A DNA stretch of 64,000 nucleotides. It comes from Lama glama. Taxonomy: Eukaryota. The first letter of the stretch is position 1. Each line of letters opens with the position of its first letter. The translations under genes were made by a program, and so were the position numbers. Location: NCBI GenBank assembly GCA_028534125.1, contig CM052817.1:27840001-27904000 (forward strand). The letters run 5' to 3'. Positions 1 through 13,630 of this stretch are shown one piece after another. The notes under the pieces were generated by a model. It saw only the letters and a program-made list of their open reading frames with translations. It had not been told where the DNA came from and did not search any database.

Positions 1-1425
1 TTTAGGTTCTGATAATGCCCCAGCAGGTTTGCCTCTGGTTAACTAGTCTCCCCCCAGTGCGGGCATTGTCAAGAGGGACAGGGCACTTTGGCCTGTTGCA
101 AAGTGGTTTCTTTTTCCCGCTCCTGGTGAAGCTTAAGGGATTTTTCTCCCATGTTTACTGCAGGAATTCAGTTGAGCTCTTGGAGCTGTTATGCCCCCGC
201 CCCAAGATGCCCCTGCCCCCCTTACCACTGAGTTCTTAGCTTCCAGAGTTGTCTGCATCCAGCCTCTAGCAATTCATCAGTCACAGTCCCAGTTTCCCTG
301 CCACCGCCCTGGTTCCCCTGCTGGTTTCCGCTCCTGAGTCTCTGCTCCAGTAAGCTTCGACTGCCTGTATTCGCCTGTCAGTCTTTCCCATCTTAGGGGC
401 AGTGTTTTGCCCTGTGTCCTCCCCTCTCTTACGGTCCAAGAAGAGTTGTTGGTTTTTAGTCTGTTTAGCTTTTTACTTGTTGTTATGACAGAATTGTGAC
501 CGCTAAGCTCCTCATACATGGAATGAGAAATTCCAGAGGAACAAAAGAAGTATTTCAAGTTCTGCCCTCAAGGAACTTATTCCCTAGATGGGAAGCCAGG
601 CAATAGCCAAACAAACCTAGGCTAGACTCCCAGGTGGTGATGGCTCTTAGGAAGAAACATTAAGTGGCGGGAAGAGAGCCAAGTGGGTTGGGGGTAGGGG
701 ACGGAGGAGGAGGGCGCCTATTTGGATGGGATGGCCAGGTGACATGCAAGCAGCGCCTGGGATGAAAGAGCAAGCCACGCGAACATCAGAGAAAGAGAGA
801 TCCAGGCTGTTGGGACCTCATGAGCTTGATGTGGTCAAGAAAGCCAGTGGGACTGGAAAGTGATGGGGCAGAGTGACCAGAGGCCAGACTGGAGAGGGAG
901 ATGGGAGGCAGATCTTGCAAGACCTGAACATACTGTTAAGAGAGGGACCAGAAGACAGTGATGGATTTTGAATCAGGAAGAGATGTGATTTGATTTCCAT
1001 TGTATACCTTTGTTATGGTGCCGTTTGGAGGCTGGATTGTAGAAGGACAAGGATAGCAGGAGCTGGGAGACGCAGGAGCCACTCCACTGGTCCAGGAGGG
1101 AGGTGCTGGTGGCTTGACTAGGGCCCTACAGAGCAAGTGAAAAATGGTCAGATTCTGAATATAATTTAAAAGGAAACTTGATAGGTTGGTTGTGGCAGTG
1201 TGAGAGAAAAAGAAATCAAAGACTTCCCCTATCGAGGGTAGGTACAAGTGGGGAAGGATGCCAAAGCAAAATCAAATCTTAAATTTGGTTTGCCTATTAG
1301 ATATCTAATTAAGATGTTGAACACACATTTGGACATATTAGTCAGTGGAGAGTTCCATGCTGGAGATCTAGTAGGGGGCATAGAGACATGGTTTAACCAC
1401 AGGAGACTCACACCATCTTCTAGAG

Positions 1426-1935
1426 CCGTGCTTTCCAATATGGTAGCTGCTAGTAGCCACATGCGGCTATGGAGCACTTAACATGTAGCTAGTGGAACCA
1501 AGGAACTGAGTTTTATTTAATGTTAATTACTTTAAATTTAAGTGTAAAAATGAACACCTGATTCAGTTATTGGAAAACTTTTAAGTATGCTTGGAAAGAC
1601 TTAGGTATAGTTTTCAACTGTAAATGTTATAAAATCAGGTATTTCCTACAAGATGGAGACAAGACTTTTTTTATGAAAGTGTAGCATCTGAAGTAAGATG
1701 TACTATAAATGTAAAATGTAACACATTTCAAAGACTTAGTACAAAAAATGTAAAATAACTCAATAGTTTTAATATTGATTACCTGCTGAAATGATAATAC
1801 TTTGTATGTACTGACATAATGAACATGTCATGAAAATTAATTTTACCTGTTTCTTTTTGCTTTTTTCTTTTAACAATGTGGCTACTAGAAGATTAAAAAT
1901 TACATAAGGGGCTTGCATTACCTTTCTGTTGGATA
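1426..1935. mobile_element. hAT-Charlie DNA transposon relic (Charlie1/MER33-like)
   Basis: Ends GTGCTTTCCAATATGGTAGC...AGCCACATG and GTGGCTACTAGAAGATTAAAAATTACAT...TTCTGTTGGATAG, recognisable Charlie1-family termini. Confidence 0.7.
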
Positions 1936-2229
1936 GGAGAGAATGTAATAAAAAAGAAATATCTGAAGATTGAACCCTCGGAGTAGTCTATGACTTAGAG
2001 GTTTTGGAGAGAGGGATAATCTTTGGAAAAAGCCTCAAAAAGAAGTAGCCCCAAAGGGAAACCAACCAGGAGAGTGAGATGATCTACAAACCACGTTAAA
2101 AAAAAATGTGTTAGGAAAGAGACAGCAGTGACTGAGTAAGAGGCTGCTGAGCGGTTAGATACAATGTAGACTGAGAACGGGCCATTGGATTTGGCAACGT
2201 GGAGACTATTAGTGAACTTGATGGTTTCA

Positions 2230-2240
2230 GTGTGTGTGTG

Positions 2241-2272
<32 letters not shown>
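2230..2272. repeat. (TG)n microsatellite, interrupted
   Basis: GTGTGTGTGTGCGTTTGTGTG...TGTG, within L2-like sequence. Confidence 0.95.
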
Positions 2273-2275
<3 letters not shown>

Positions 2276-4606
2276 TGGGGCACAAAAGGCTGACTGGAGT
2301 AGATTGTTAAAAAATCAATAATAGAAATTTACTACTCCTTCAAGAAATTTTGATTTGCAGAGAACCAAAATAATGGAGATGTTGGGGAGTGAGGCTCAAA
2401 GAAGGATTTATTTTTAATTTAATGAGCAATACCTTTTTATAATAGCTACTTGCTTTTTTTTCTCTATTAAAATTTTACCCTAAACATATCATCTGGTAAA
2501 TATCTATTAGCTAGCAGGATGATTCTAATTTTGTTTAATCAGAGTTGAAGAATTCTGAAGATTTCAAACGAGTACCAGTGTGTTGTTCGGCTCACAGAAT
2601 CCTTATGAACAAAAAGATCTAGGATTACTAAATCTGTGTTTAGTTACTAAAATGACTAGCAAAGGATTGTATGCAGTTCCCTAAAATATAAAACTGTGAC
2701 ATCATCTGTGCTGCACTATGTAAAAGAGTGTGGAATTCTAGAACTTTGGAATAGAATACAAGTGCCAAACTCACATTAAATTTTGGTTATCATGTCTTAC
2801 CTTAATTTCCATTGTACTCAGTGTAGATTTTGGTGCATAATAAGTGTTAGTATAACTGAATGAATGAGTAAAGATAATCTCAACATCCTGAAATACTAAA
2901 AGGACCAGCAATACCCAAGAACTCACCAACAGATGGCACCATGCTGTTTCCTATATGAGTTTATATGTTAATATGACATTCAATTCTTAATTTCAAGGGC
3001 TGGTTAGGGGGAAAAATGGAATCTCTAGGAATATATGTTGCTCCTTCAAATTTTTGAATTATTAAAGCATGTTCATATGTTTTTATTTATTACAAATGTC
3101 TGTGTTCTTACTCTTAGGCCCTTTCCTTAGGTCAGAACTTGGAAGAAAAGGAAAGGAGATTGACTTGTAGATAAGAGAAAGAAAATACCCATAGGTTATC
3201 ACTATTAAAATGTTTGTGAATACTAGGAAGTCAAGCTGCTAATTCATTCCCCCTCAGAGATCACTACCCTTCAGTGGCAGTAAAACCCAGGGTGTTTTGC
3301 AGACGTCTGGAGCTCTGGCATGATGCTTTAGAGAGCAGATGCTGCATTTTGCAGTTCTCGTGTATTCAGACTGAAAGTGACAAGGACTAAACACACAGTG
3401 TGCTTTGAAAACAAAACAAAACAAAACAACTCCTAACCCCATGTGGTCTGCATACCCAAAGTGTGAAATACTCATCTGAGTGCCAAATGTAAACAGCACT
3501 CCCACCATGACCCCCAATTACTTTCATTTTCTGTAGAATTGCTTATAATTTTCATAATTTCCTGTGCCCATTATTTCACCTGCAGATCTGAGAAGTGAAC
3601 AGCGACAAGAGTGTTGTGAACAGCACAGCCTGGCAGCTCGCATGAGCGTGGAGTCCTGGTCACACACAAGATGGATGGGAGAGCGGTGGCAGCACCAACA
3701 GCCACGCAGTGTTAAGTCATTGACCTAAAATTTGAGAAGAGTGGCTACCGCCAAAATTATTTTTTCAATCTCATCAAGAAGTCTCTATCTCAGATGTCGA
3801 TGCATCCTTGCAAATAAATGCAACAGGTCAAAGGTAAGAAGTAGGTACTTTCTGAGTGACTCTAAGAGGAGCAGCCCACAGTGCCCAGCACCGCCAGCCC
3901 CCTCCCCTCCGTGAGCCTGCGGGCTGAGATTTCAGGAGGGCCTAGCAGGGCAGTCTGGGCCTCCTTGGAAGCTCAGTAAGAGCTCCCAGCTTCCGGTACA
4001 TCTGAAATGGCCAATACTTTTCCAGGAGGGTTATCACTGAGTTTCTTGAGAATCGCACCACTATGAACTTAAAAACATATGCGCACAAATGACGAAATAC
4101 TTAAATGATGTATCAGTTATTCTCTCTGTGTTTTCTTCAACCTGAACCCGCTCCTCAGTTGCCTTTGTGAGTTTCTTCTGTCCTTTAATCAAGGCTCATC
4201 CCAGGGCTTCATAACTCACTCACTGACTCAGTTACCACCCAGAGGATGAAGATTCCAGACCTCACCTGAGCTCCTGACTCCTCTCTCCCCCTTCTAAACC
4301 TCTCTTGATGAATGTTTCATCAGTGGCTCAAATGCAACCCGTGGGAGGAGAAAAAAATTTCATTATTCTCTTCCCAGACCTGCTGCCCTTCTGCATTCAC
4401 CTTTGTGTGTCTGTGTGTGTGTGGGAGTTTTTCAGAATAATGTTTGATACTTTAAAAAAAGAACATGAGTTACGTACGTTATTAAGCATACTTACAGGAT
4501 AGATATTCATGAAGCCTTCACTCAGCTTAGGAATTAGCACATTAGCCAATACTGTTGCATCTGTGTGGGACTTCGCTGCCCCAACCTCTTGACTTCTTCT
4601 CGTAAC

Positions 4607-4870
4607 GTATTAGTTTCCTATTGCTGCTGTAACAAATTACTACAAATTCAGCAGCTAAAAACAACATAAAAATGTTATCTTACAGTGGTGGAGATCCAAA
4701 GTGTAAAATAGATTACCAGGGCTGCATTCCTTCTGGGGTCCCCAGGGGAAAAGCTGTTCCCTTGCCTTTCCCAGCTTTCAGGGGCTGTCTGCATTTCTCG
4801 GCTTGTTGCCCCTTCTTGCATTGTCAAAGCCAGCAGCATTACATCTTCAAATCTCTCCCTCTCTGCCTTC
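4607..4870. mobile_element. MaLR LTR fragment (MLT1-like)
   Basis: GTATTAGTTTCCTATTGCTGCTGTAACAAATTACTACAAATT...TTCCCTTGCCTTTCCCAGCTT, MLT1 terminus pattern. Confidence 0.75.
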
Positions 4871-5419
4871 TTTGTGGGTCAGATTCTCAAATCAGGCTCA
4901 TGTGGATCAGACGTCTCATCCGCTGTTAAGTTTACCAATAATTTAAAGGATACAGGTAATTCTGAGGCACAGGCACAGAAGGCGGAGGTCTGAGACCATC
5001 CACATTGCTCTTCAGATCCTTTCTTGCTACACTGGATGTACGCTGGTCCCAAATTAATACAAGAAGTCTCTAAGCAGTGTGTGAGATTCACGTCACTGAT
5101 ACAGAAGTAGGTCATTTTGAAAGCAAAAAGTCTCCATCTATACACCATCAATCCATAGATCGCAAGTTTGTTTACCATGACCAGTTCTAGACAATCTGCT
5201 AAAAGCGTTCCATGGGTAAGGACCTTTCTATTCACAAATTCCAGTCATTCATTTGCCAAGATGTCTGTCATGAGTATGTTTACAAGGAGATTAGACTATG
5301 TTCTTTCTTTCCTGGAGTCATTGCTTCTCATTTCCCAGCTGGAGAGAATGAATTACAGATCTGCTGCTTAACCATTTATTTCCTAGTATCTTTGATTAAC
5401 ATGCATGGTGTAAGATAAA

Positions 5420-7920
5420 AACCCTATTTTTTTCCTATATGGATAACCAGCTCTCCCAGTAACATTTATTATTGAATTTCATAAAATTTTTATAGACTAT
5501 AATCTGTATACTACTCAGTCATTGAAATATGTAATATTTGGAGATGACTTATGAATTAGCATTAATATATTTTGTATGTATTGAGGAAGATTGTATCTTT
5601 TTTTTAAAGATTGTGTATTATTTAACTGTTAAAGATAGGGTTTTCTAAATTGAAGTATAGTTGATTTACAACATTGTTTTAGTTTCTGATATACAGCCTA
5701 GTGATTCAGTTATACATATATACATATTCTTTTTCATTATAGGATATTAAAAGCTATTGGATATAGTTCCCTGTGTTATACAGTAGGACCTTGCTGTATC
5801 TCTATTTTGTATATGGTGGTTCATATCCATTAATCCCAAACTCCTCATTTATCCTTCTCCACCCCCTTTCCCCCTGGTAACCATAAGTTTGTCTCCTGTG
5901 TCTGTGAGTCTGTTTCTATTTTGTAAATAAGTTCATTTACTTCATTTTTTTAGATTCCACATATGAGTGATAAAAAGTAGGGTTTTTTAACTGCCTAATA
6001 AATCAAACTGATTGCTCATTTTTTAAGTTTTCAATTTCCAAAATTTCACAAAGATTTATTATATTCTTGACATATGAATAACTGAGATAGATCTGTTGGA
6101 ACCTTCCAATGTGTTATTTGTCAACATTCTTCTGTGGTTCTATTGACTTTTCTCTGTGTACATGAATGTTTCATTATTGGGTGCATACAAGTTTAGAATT
6201 ATTCTATATTCCTGGTGAATTTATCAAAATATAGTGACTGTCTCATTCCCTAGTAATGACTTCAACTCTAAGTTCACTTTGCCTGATATTAATACAACCT
6301 TACCACCTTTTAAAAGTTAATATTTGCCTGCACTTTGAAAAAACCTTTTTACTTTCAGCATTTCTAAGTCCATATGTTTGAAGTGTGCCTCTTGTAAAGA
6401 GACTATAATTAGTTTTTTTTGTCTATTTTTCCATTGTTTTAGTCAGTTTACATCTATTGTGATTACTGACATATATGAACTTGCTGTTATCATTAATTTT
6501 TTCTCCTTTTCTTTTAAAAGTTGCTTGCGTTTGTGTTCATTATTGTTTCTTATTTCGTTTTTTCCACCTACTGGATTGAAAATGTGATGCTATTTCTATT
6601 CTTCCATCTGTACATCTGAAATGTCATTATTCATATTTAACAAGTGTGAATAAGAGTTAAGTTCATGTCTTAGCCCCCTCTCCTGAGCAAAAAATTACAC
6701 TAGAATATCTTAATTTCAGTCACTTAATTTTTCTTTCTCTGATGTCTTGTTTTTTCCTCATTCTTAACGCAAAACTCTTAGTTTTGCTGGTATATTCAAC
6801 TTTTGACTGTATACATTTCTCTCAGTATCTCTGAGATTTCATTTTATTATCTTTTGGCTTCCATTATTGTTATGAGAAGTTGGCTGTAAGTCTAATTGTC
6901 ATTTTTTTGAAGGTAATTTGTCTTTTCTTGCTGCCTGCCTTTAAGCTCTTCTCTTTTTCTTTGATTTTCTGCAGCACCATTACTATGTGGGTACGTGTGG
7001 ATTTCTTTCTATCTGTTCTGTTTGGTACAGGTTGTGCTTTATGTATATGTGTACTTGTGTCTTTCATCATCTTTCTGGAAAATTCTCAGCCTTTGTGTTT
7101 TTAAATATTGCCTTCCCTTCATTATTTCTGTTTTTTATTCTGGAACTCAGAATATATGCATGTAAGAACTCTTGTTCTACTTTTAACATCTCTTAATCCT
7201 TTGTTCATACTATCATTTTATAGCTCTCTTTTGCTGTATTCTGGAAAACATTTTAAAATATATCTTCTAGTTTACCAGTTCTCTCTTTCTACCTGTGTCT
7301 AATCTACCATTTAACCTATCTATTGTGTTTTATATTATAATAACTTTTACTTTTAAAAAGCTATATTTAGTTATTTATTAAGTTTCTCTGGTAACTTTTA
7401 ATAGGCTTGTCTCTTCTTAATTGTTTATTTTTAATTCCATCTTTCTTTTTAAAAATCCATATAATTTAAAAAATATTCTGTATCAGATAATTCCAAATTC
7501 TGAAGTCTTAGGGGATCTAGATCTATATTTTGTTGTGTCTGCTAACTCTCACTTACGGTATTTTTCCCCTCAAGTGAGTTTGTTTTTGTGAGTTCATATT
7601 TGCATGAAGACACATTTTTTTTCTCCTGAGAGGATATGCATTTGCTTCTTCTAGGTGTCAGGGGATCGAACGAACCTGTGGCAACTTTACCCTCCTTCTA
7701 GTTTTCCCAGCCTAACATGAGGGTTCACAGTTCAGCTCTTTCAATTTGCAAGTAGCCCACAGCTTGGACTCACTAATGCAGGACTTGAAGGCAAATTTTC
7801 CATATAGTTACTGCTAAAGTTTTCTTTTTTTCTCTTGAAAATTTTCCCTTATCTTGAGATCCCAGTAATGCATGGAAAATTGTTTCATGCGTGACCTACT
7901 TGTTTTATAGTGGAGGACCT
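5420..7920 (-). mobile_element. Old degenerate L1 (L1M-type) fragments
   Basis: T-rich plus strand; minus-strand peptide 6870-7070 (HIVMVLQKIKEKEKSLKAGSKKRQITFKKMTIRLTANFS) resembles the L1 ORF1 C-terminal region. Confidence 0.75.
5645..5977 (-). mobile_element. 5'-truncated L1 3' end, nested in an older L1
   Basis: Reverse of the same L1 3'UTR as 23500-23835; TSD TAGGGTTTT (5636-5644 / 5978-5986). Confidence 0.88.
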
Positions 7921-10434
7921 TGCAGAGCATTTAGTGGATCAATTAGGACATGGACTTGTATTTGCTTTTTTAACGGAAATGCCACTAAACTAGACCTGGC
8001 TGTTATCCTAGCTATACGTTCAAACATATCTCCCTCAGCTTTTCCAGCTCTGGCCTGAGTAATTTCTCTTGGATTACTCAGAGTCTCCCACCCAGTCTCT
8101 GTTTCTCCAACTCTACACCTTCTACTGTATCCTCTGCAATATTTCTAGACTTACTGTGTAGAGTGACCTTTTGAAAATGCGAATCTCAATGATGCCTTTT
8201 TCCCGATAAACATCATTTAATGGCTTCCCAGCACATTCTGAGTGAAATGAAAATCCCTTAGCCTGGTACACAGGTCTCCATCCCTCTCTCTAGCTTCTCA
8301 GGTGCCCCGTTTACCCCTTGCTCCTGTATTGCCAACCTCATAGCCTTTCCACAGAGTGTTCTCTGCCCTCTTTCAGGAAAAAACGATTTCAAGCTAGATA
8401 GAAATGATCAGATGCCTCTGCCTGGAAGTCTATTTATTCTTCTTCTACATAGCAACTCTGCTCCAGAGGCCAATTATTTTTCAACCCACAACATTTAGTG
8501 AGACTTGAGTATTACACAAGTGTGAATGAAAAAAGAAATCCCCAAAGTCAACTTTAATATACTATATAACCAATCTATTACTGAAAAAAAATTGTGTTTA
8601 ATTGCAGAAAGAAATATCCAGGGATGAAAGCTTAATTCAGTTGTGATCCTTGAAATCTGAGCTTTTTAATTAAAAAAATGAAATTATGGAATGACACTCC
8701 CTCCAACACTAACACGTTCAGACTGTCAGCCAGGCAAATGCTCAGTGTGAAGGGGTTGTTTAAGAAGTCTAATTTTTTAGCTTTCTGCAAATTTGCCAAG
8801 TGACTTAAGAACTGTGTGGGGGCCTGGGTTTTCCAAGCAGAAGCTACTCAATATATTAAATCTCAAACTATGTTGGGTGAATTGTGTAAAAAAAAAAAAG
8901 ATAATCTATTTGCTGAAAAAAAAATGAATCAACTTTAATTTTTGTAGCACATAAATAAAACATCCAATTGACGAATTTAATATGTCCCTATTCAGATGGT
9001 GCAGCGAGACCCACAGTGAGTAGACGGACCACCTACTGGATAAATGCAGACTCTGGAGTTGGTGAGAACGTGGCTGCATTGGGCAAGCTACTTAAATTCT
9101 GAGCCTTCTTACAAGACTGATGTGACCAATACACAAGGTAACACACAGCAAACAAGTACTATAGTACCAAACACAAACTAGGAACTTAAGCATTATTCAG
9201 AAAGACCCTCCACACCAAAGAGTGTGTTATAAAACTGTCATTTTGTGATCTTTCTATTCAGGGCAATTTTTTTTTTAATTTATAGCAAGAACTTAACTCA
9301 ATGCAAATAAGTTAATGTTTCATTTACAAAAAAGTGATTACAAAGTTACCTTTAATGAGTCAAAACCCCCAACATTCACTAATTATCATCAATTTTACAT
9401 AAAGTTCTCCTAAACAGAGTGTGTCTTGTGTGAATAACTTATTTTTCCTTCTTATAATGAAACCTCTGAGGTCTAGCTCTGCCTTCAAGATGTTAGAATA
9501 TTTTCATTCAATTAACTTAAATTATGTAATGTGAAAATGAATGATGGCCAGGAGGCTGATGGCCAGTGTAATTCTGGTGAGAAATTATATTTCACACATT
9601 GGTTTATTTAGTTAGAATTTTCTTTAGGTAATAAAAATAGTGTTACATAAAAATTAGTTGTATCTAACCTCACACATTCTGCCATAAATGACTCTGGCAA
9701 ATCCCACGCTCTGAGTGACAGTGACAAATCTCCCCAAAGGCAATTTTACAGTAAAATAGGGCTATCCCAGACTTGCTCAGAATGAGTTGTTCTGGATAGC
9801 TGAATGTTCCAGGTAGCTGATTTGAAAAAACAAAACACTGAACATTTCAACTATTTAGATTGGAACATTTTCTAACTGTGTCATACACTTAATTTTTTCT
9901 TAAACAGATGGCGTAAGGACTGTGATGCAAACTTTTCTTAATGACTCATTGTGACCTGGCTGTTAAGGAACCAGATCTAGATCTTGGTATTTGAATGATT
10001 CTCTCCATGTTACTCCTGGAGTCACTTTTCTAGTGAAGAATTGGCCAAAAGCACAAGGCATGGTACTTCCAGTGACTGGCCACAGGACATGGTTCTGGCA
10101 GGGGTACTCTCCGGGCCAGCAGAGATGAAGGTTTCAGCAGACCTTCTCTTCCTGCCATCCAGGCTGAGTCCTCCGTGGTCTGGCCTCTGCCATCCAGTGT
10201 GCAACCAGGGAAGGAACTCAGGGGACTGGTAAGGAGACACCAAGAACCATGGTCCTTGTCTTGAGCAGTTTCTGTGAGTCAATTGACTGTATTTCGCCAA
10301 CCAAGAAGGGTGTCGTTCAGATTGTCCGGGTCACAAACTCACTGTTAGTGCAGGTGTGTGACAGCATTTCTCCTCTACGAGCCAACAAGCAGGGAGAGGG
10401 CGGTAAAGTCGGTAAGTTAAACCTGGCCTTAGTT

Positions 10435-10563
10435 GGGAGGGTATAGCTCAGTGGTAGAGTGTGTGCTTAGCATGCATGAGGTCCTGGGTTCAATCCCTAG
10501 TACCTCCATTAGAAAGAAATAAATAGCCTAATTACCTCTCCCCACAAAAAAATAAAAAAAAAA
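10435..10563 (+). mobile_element. tRNA-derived SINE (Vic-1-like, camelid)
   Basis: A box TAGCTCAGTGG, B box GGTTCAATCC, A-rich tail; target-site duplication CTGGCCTTAGTTG (10423-10435 / 10564-10576). Confidence 0.9.
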
Positions 10564-10657
10564 CTGGCCTTAGTTGCTGCTATTGCTACAATAATGTGCA
10601 TCATAAATGGGAGGAGGAAGGAAATTAAAATATCTAATTTGGAAAGGGGGTCTAGGG

Positions 10658-10988
10658 CAGGGGTTGGCAAACTACACCTCAGAGGCCAAATCCAGCCTGC
10701 TGCCTGCTTCATATAGCCCACGATTAAGAATGATTTTTGCTTTTAATGGTTGAAAAAAATCAAAAGGAGAATATTTTGTAATGATTGAAAATGGCATGAA
10801 ATTCGAATTCCAGTGTCCATAAATAAAGTTTTATTGGAATCCAGCCATATCCACTCACTTAAGTTCATCTGTGGCTGTTTTGTGCTACAACATTAGCGCT
10901 GAGTGGTTACAACAGGGACCATATGGCCCACAACGCCTAAAATATTTACTCTCTGGCATTTTTTACAGGAGAAGTTTGCTGATCACTG
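10658..10988. mobile_element. hAT MITE (MER58-like)
   Basis: TIRs CAGGGGTTGGCAAACT / AGTTTGCTGATCACTG; 8-bp TSD-like GTCTAGGG / GTCTAGAA. Confidence 0.85.
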
Positions 10989-11448
10989 GTCTAGAAGAGT
11001 AAATTTTCTTTGTCTTCTGCTTAGAAATGTCTTTTTTTTGGACAGAGAAGTAGGGCAATTTCCATACTTCTAAAAGCCCACCCACTCTTATAAATAATGG
11101 TGAGGAATTATCCCAAAATCTTATGGTGGAAATGCCAAGACCGTATGTGTGTGTTTATGTGTACAGAAACTAAGTATTTAAAATACCTAAGTGTATTTCA
11201 GTCTGACCACCACATGTGATGCTAATTATGAACATAAATTATTCTTGTAAAAGGATAATATTTATTAAATTATGTCAGTAATTTAAACAACGTATCTCAA
11301 TTTTTGTAACCTTTCCCCTTAGCCAGCCAAGGGCAGCCATTTACCTCAGGGTATTCAAAATTTGTTAAAACAGGGAGAAAAAAAAAGAGAGAGAGAGAGA
11401 GAAAAGGTCAATGGACAGGTTTAGACTACAAATATGGGATTTTCCTTT

Positions 11449-11569
11449 CTTTTTGTTTTTTTTGTGGGGGAGGTAATTAGGTTTATTTTTTGACGAGGCG
11501 CTGGGTATTGAACCCAGGCCCTTGTGCATGCTGAACATGTGCTCTACCACTTGAGCTATACCTTCCCCC
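11449..11569 (-). mobile_element. tRNA-derived SINE (Vic-1-like)
   Basis: Reverse-complement copy of the same family; flanked by GGG(A/G)TTTTCCTTT direct repeats. Confidence 0.88.
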
Positions 11570-13149
11570 TGGGGTTTTCCTTTTTTAAGTCTGAAGAGAG
11601 ACAATGGTCTTGAGAATCTTGAGGATTTTCTAAACTCTTTAAGCTCTCCTTTCCTTATTAAGGGTGGTGCCTGTGTGACTTCAGGTTTATAGGTAAGTCA
11701 CTGGTAGAAATAACTCAGTAAGTGATGTAAGGGAAAACCCTGACCCCGGGGGGAAAAGGGAAAGCATGCTCCCTGGAGTCCCAGGGGAGAGTAGGTAGCA
11801 GTGGGGAACACAGTTAAGAAGCAATTGGTGACACAAGTGTGTTCTGGCTGCTCCTTTCCAAGCCCAAATCCCAGAGGAAACAGTGAGATGGAAAGGTATC
11901 AGAAAATTCAAGGTAAAGTCAAGAGCAGTGTGGCGTTTGCCCCTTCTCTGTTTGGGGGAGACAGCCATATTGTGTGGTCTTGCCCCAGTGTGAAAAGCCA
12001 GTTAAAATGGCAGTGTGGGTGAACAGGCAGGGAGAGAGAGAGATTGAGTCAGCATTCTGGAACCTCTCCTGGCTCCTGTGTATTGTGGAGGGATCTGAAA
12101 GGCCCCTTATGCTGGGGAAACAACCATGGGAAACACGACGCTGGCTGGCGGGGTTGCTGTGTTGAGGGTGATTTACCCCGTAGCCAAGGACCAGGGATCC
12201 ACTGCCTGAGACAGCTAGACCTGAGGAGGGGGTGTGGTCGGGGAAGGATAGAGACATTCACAGCACGTGAGAGCCACGGTTGGGCCAGGCAAGGGAGAAG
12301 AAATCATGTGCCTGCCAACCACGGGCTTCTTCAGCAGACCAGTGCCCCCAGGAAAGGTAACAGAGAAGATCTGGAGGACAGCGTGTGCTTTCCAGATCCT
12401 CTCTCCTGCCCTTGCAAGCCGAGGTAAGCTGCTTGTCTCCTCCGCCCCTTATAGCCCAGGGGCCAAAAGGGCTCTGAGGAAGAGATGAATTACAACCAAC
12501 TGAATTCCTAACTCAAAGGAAGCAGCCTTGAACTAGAAGAACCCAATACCTTTCATTACCTACTTTAATTCCATGCATGACTCCCACCCATCCTTCCCCC
12601 ACATGTGTATCTAGCAAGGTCAGGACCGAAGTATCAGTTATGGACAATGGGCAGCTACCTTTCCTTAGAACACAGGAATAGTCATGTGCTAAATATTTGG
12701 ACTCCTCTGCTTTATTCAGCCTTGTGATGCAGTTTTGTTCTAAGCAGTGACTTTCAAATGTCTGGATCATGACCCTCAGTAAAAAATGTTATTTCATATC
12801 ACTATCCAGAACATATATACTTATACATATACCTGAAATAAAATGTTGTGAAATCAAACCTACCTTTACTGTGGGGATGTACTCTCTATTTTGTATTCTA
12901 TTCTGTCTTTTAACAAATGTCATTTATGCATCGGTAAATTGATTTCATGACCCACCCAATACGTTGTGACCTACAGCTTGAAATATACTATCCTAAAGGC
13001 CTAATGAGGTAAAGAAAACATTTGTCCCTTCACAGTTTAGCTACAGATGCTGTGCTTTCATATAGTTCTATTTTGATAACTTTACTGCCCCCTCCATTGC
13101 AGGCAGCATTCAGTTATTAAAGCTGATCCCATCGTATTTATTGTAGTAG

Positions 13150-13630
13150 TCAAGATGTTTTCAGTTATATGTGATCAAAACCCAACCTAAACTGGCTTCA
13201 GGCAAAAGTGAATGTATTGTCTCATGTAACAGAGAAGACCGGGTTAGGGCAAGCTTCAGGCACAGCTGGATCTAGGGACTCAAACATTTCAGTATCTCCC
13301 TTTGATTCTTCTCTTGCCTCTGTGAGCTTGCCTTATTCTAGTTAGGCCTACTTTACAAGTAAAGGATCATATGTTTGACTACCCCAAGCAAACACGTCCA
13401 CCGTCACAATCTACAAAGAAGGGAAGCCCTCCACAAATCTCATGGAAGGACTCTGATTGGCCATGCTTGAGTCACGGGCACATCCCTGAACCAATCACAA
13501 AGTCCAGGGAGAGAGGAATTCTTGTTGCTTCCCTTAGGTCTCATGCCCAACCCTTGGCCAGGAGTAGAATGCCATGACTGACAGTCCCTCCAGGCTCACA
13601 TGGAAGGGGGGGAAGTAGGGTACTCTTATT
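13150..13630. mobile_element. MaLR LTR fragment (old MLT1-like)
   Basis: GCTTCAGGCACAGCTGGATCTAGGGACTCAAA and CTCTGATTGGCC...GGGCACATCCCTGAACCAATCAC motifs. Confidence 0.65.

Noticed and set aside
10435..10510. tRNA-like sequences with A and B boxes (also ~11500, ~26480, ~47620, ~62500)
   Set aside because: They carry a shared non-tRNA tail and poly-A, with TSDs in the best copies; SINEs, not tRNA genes.
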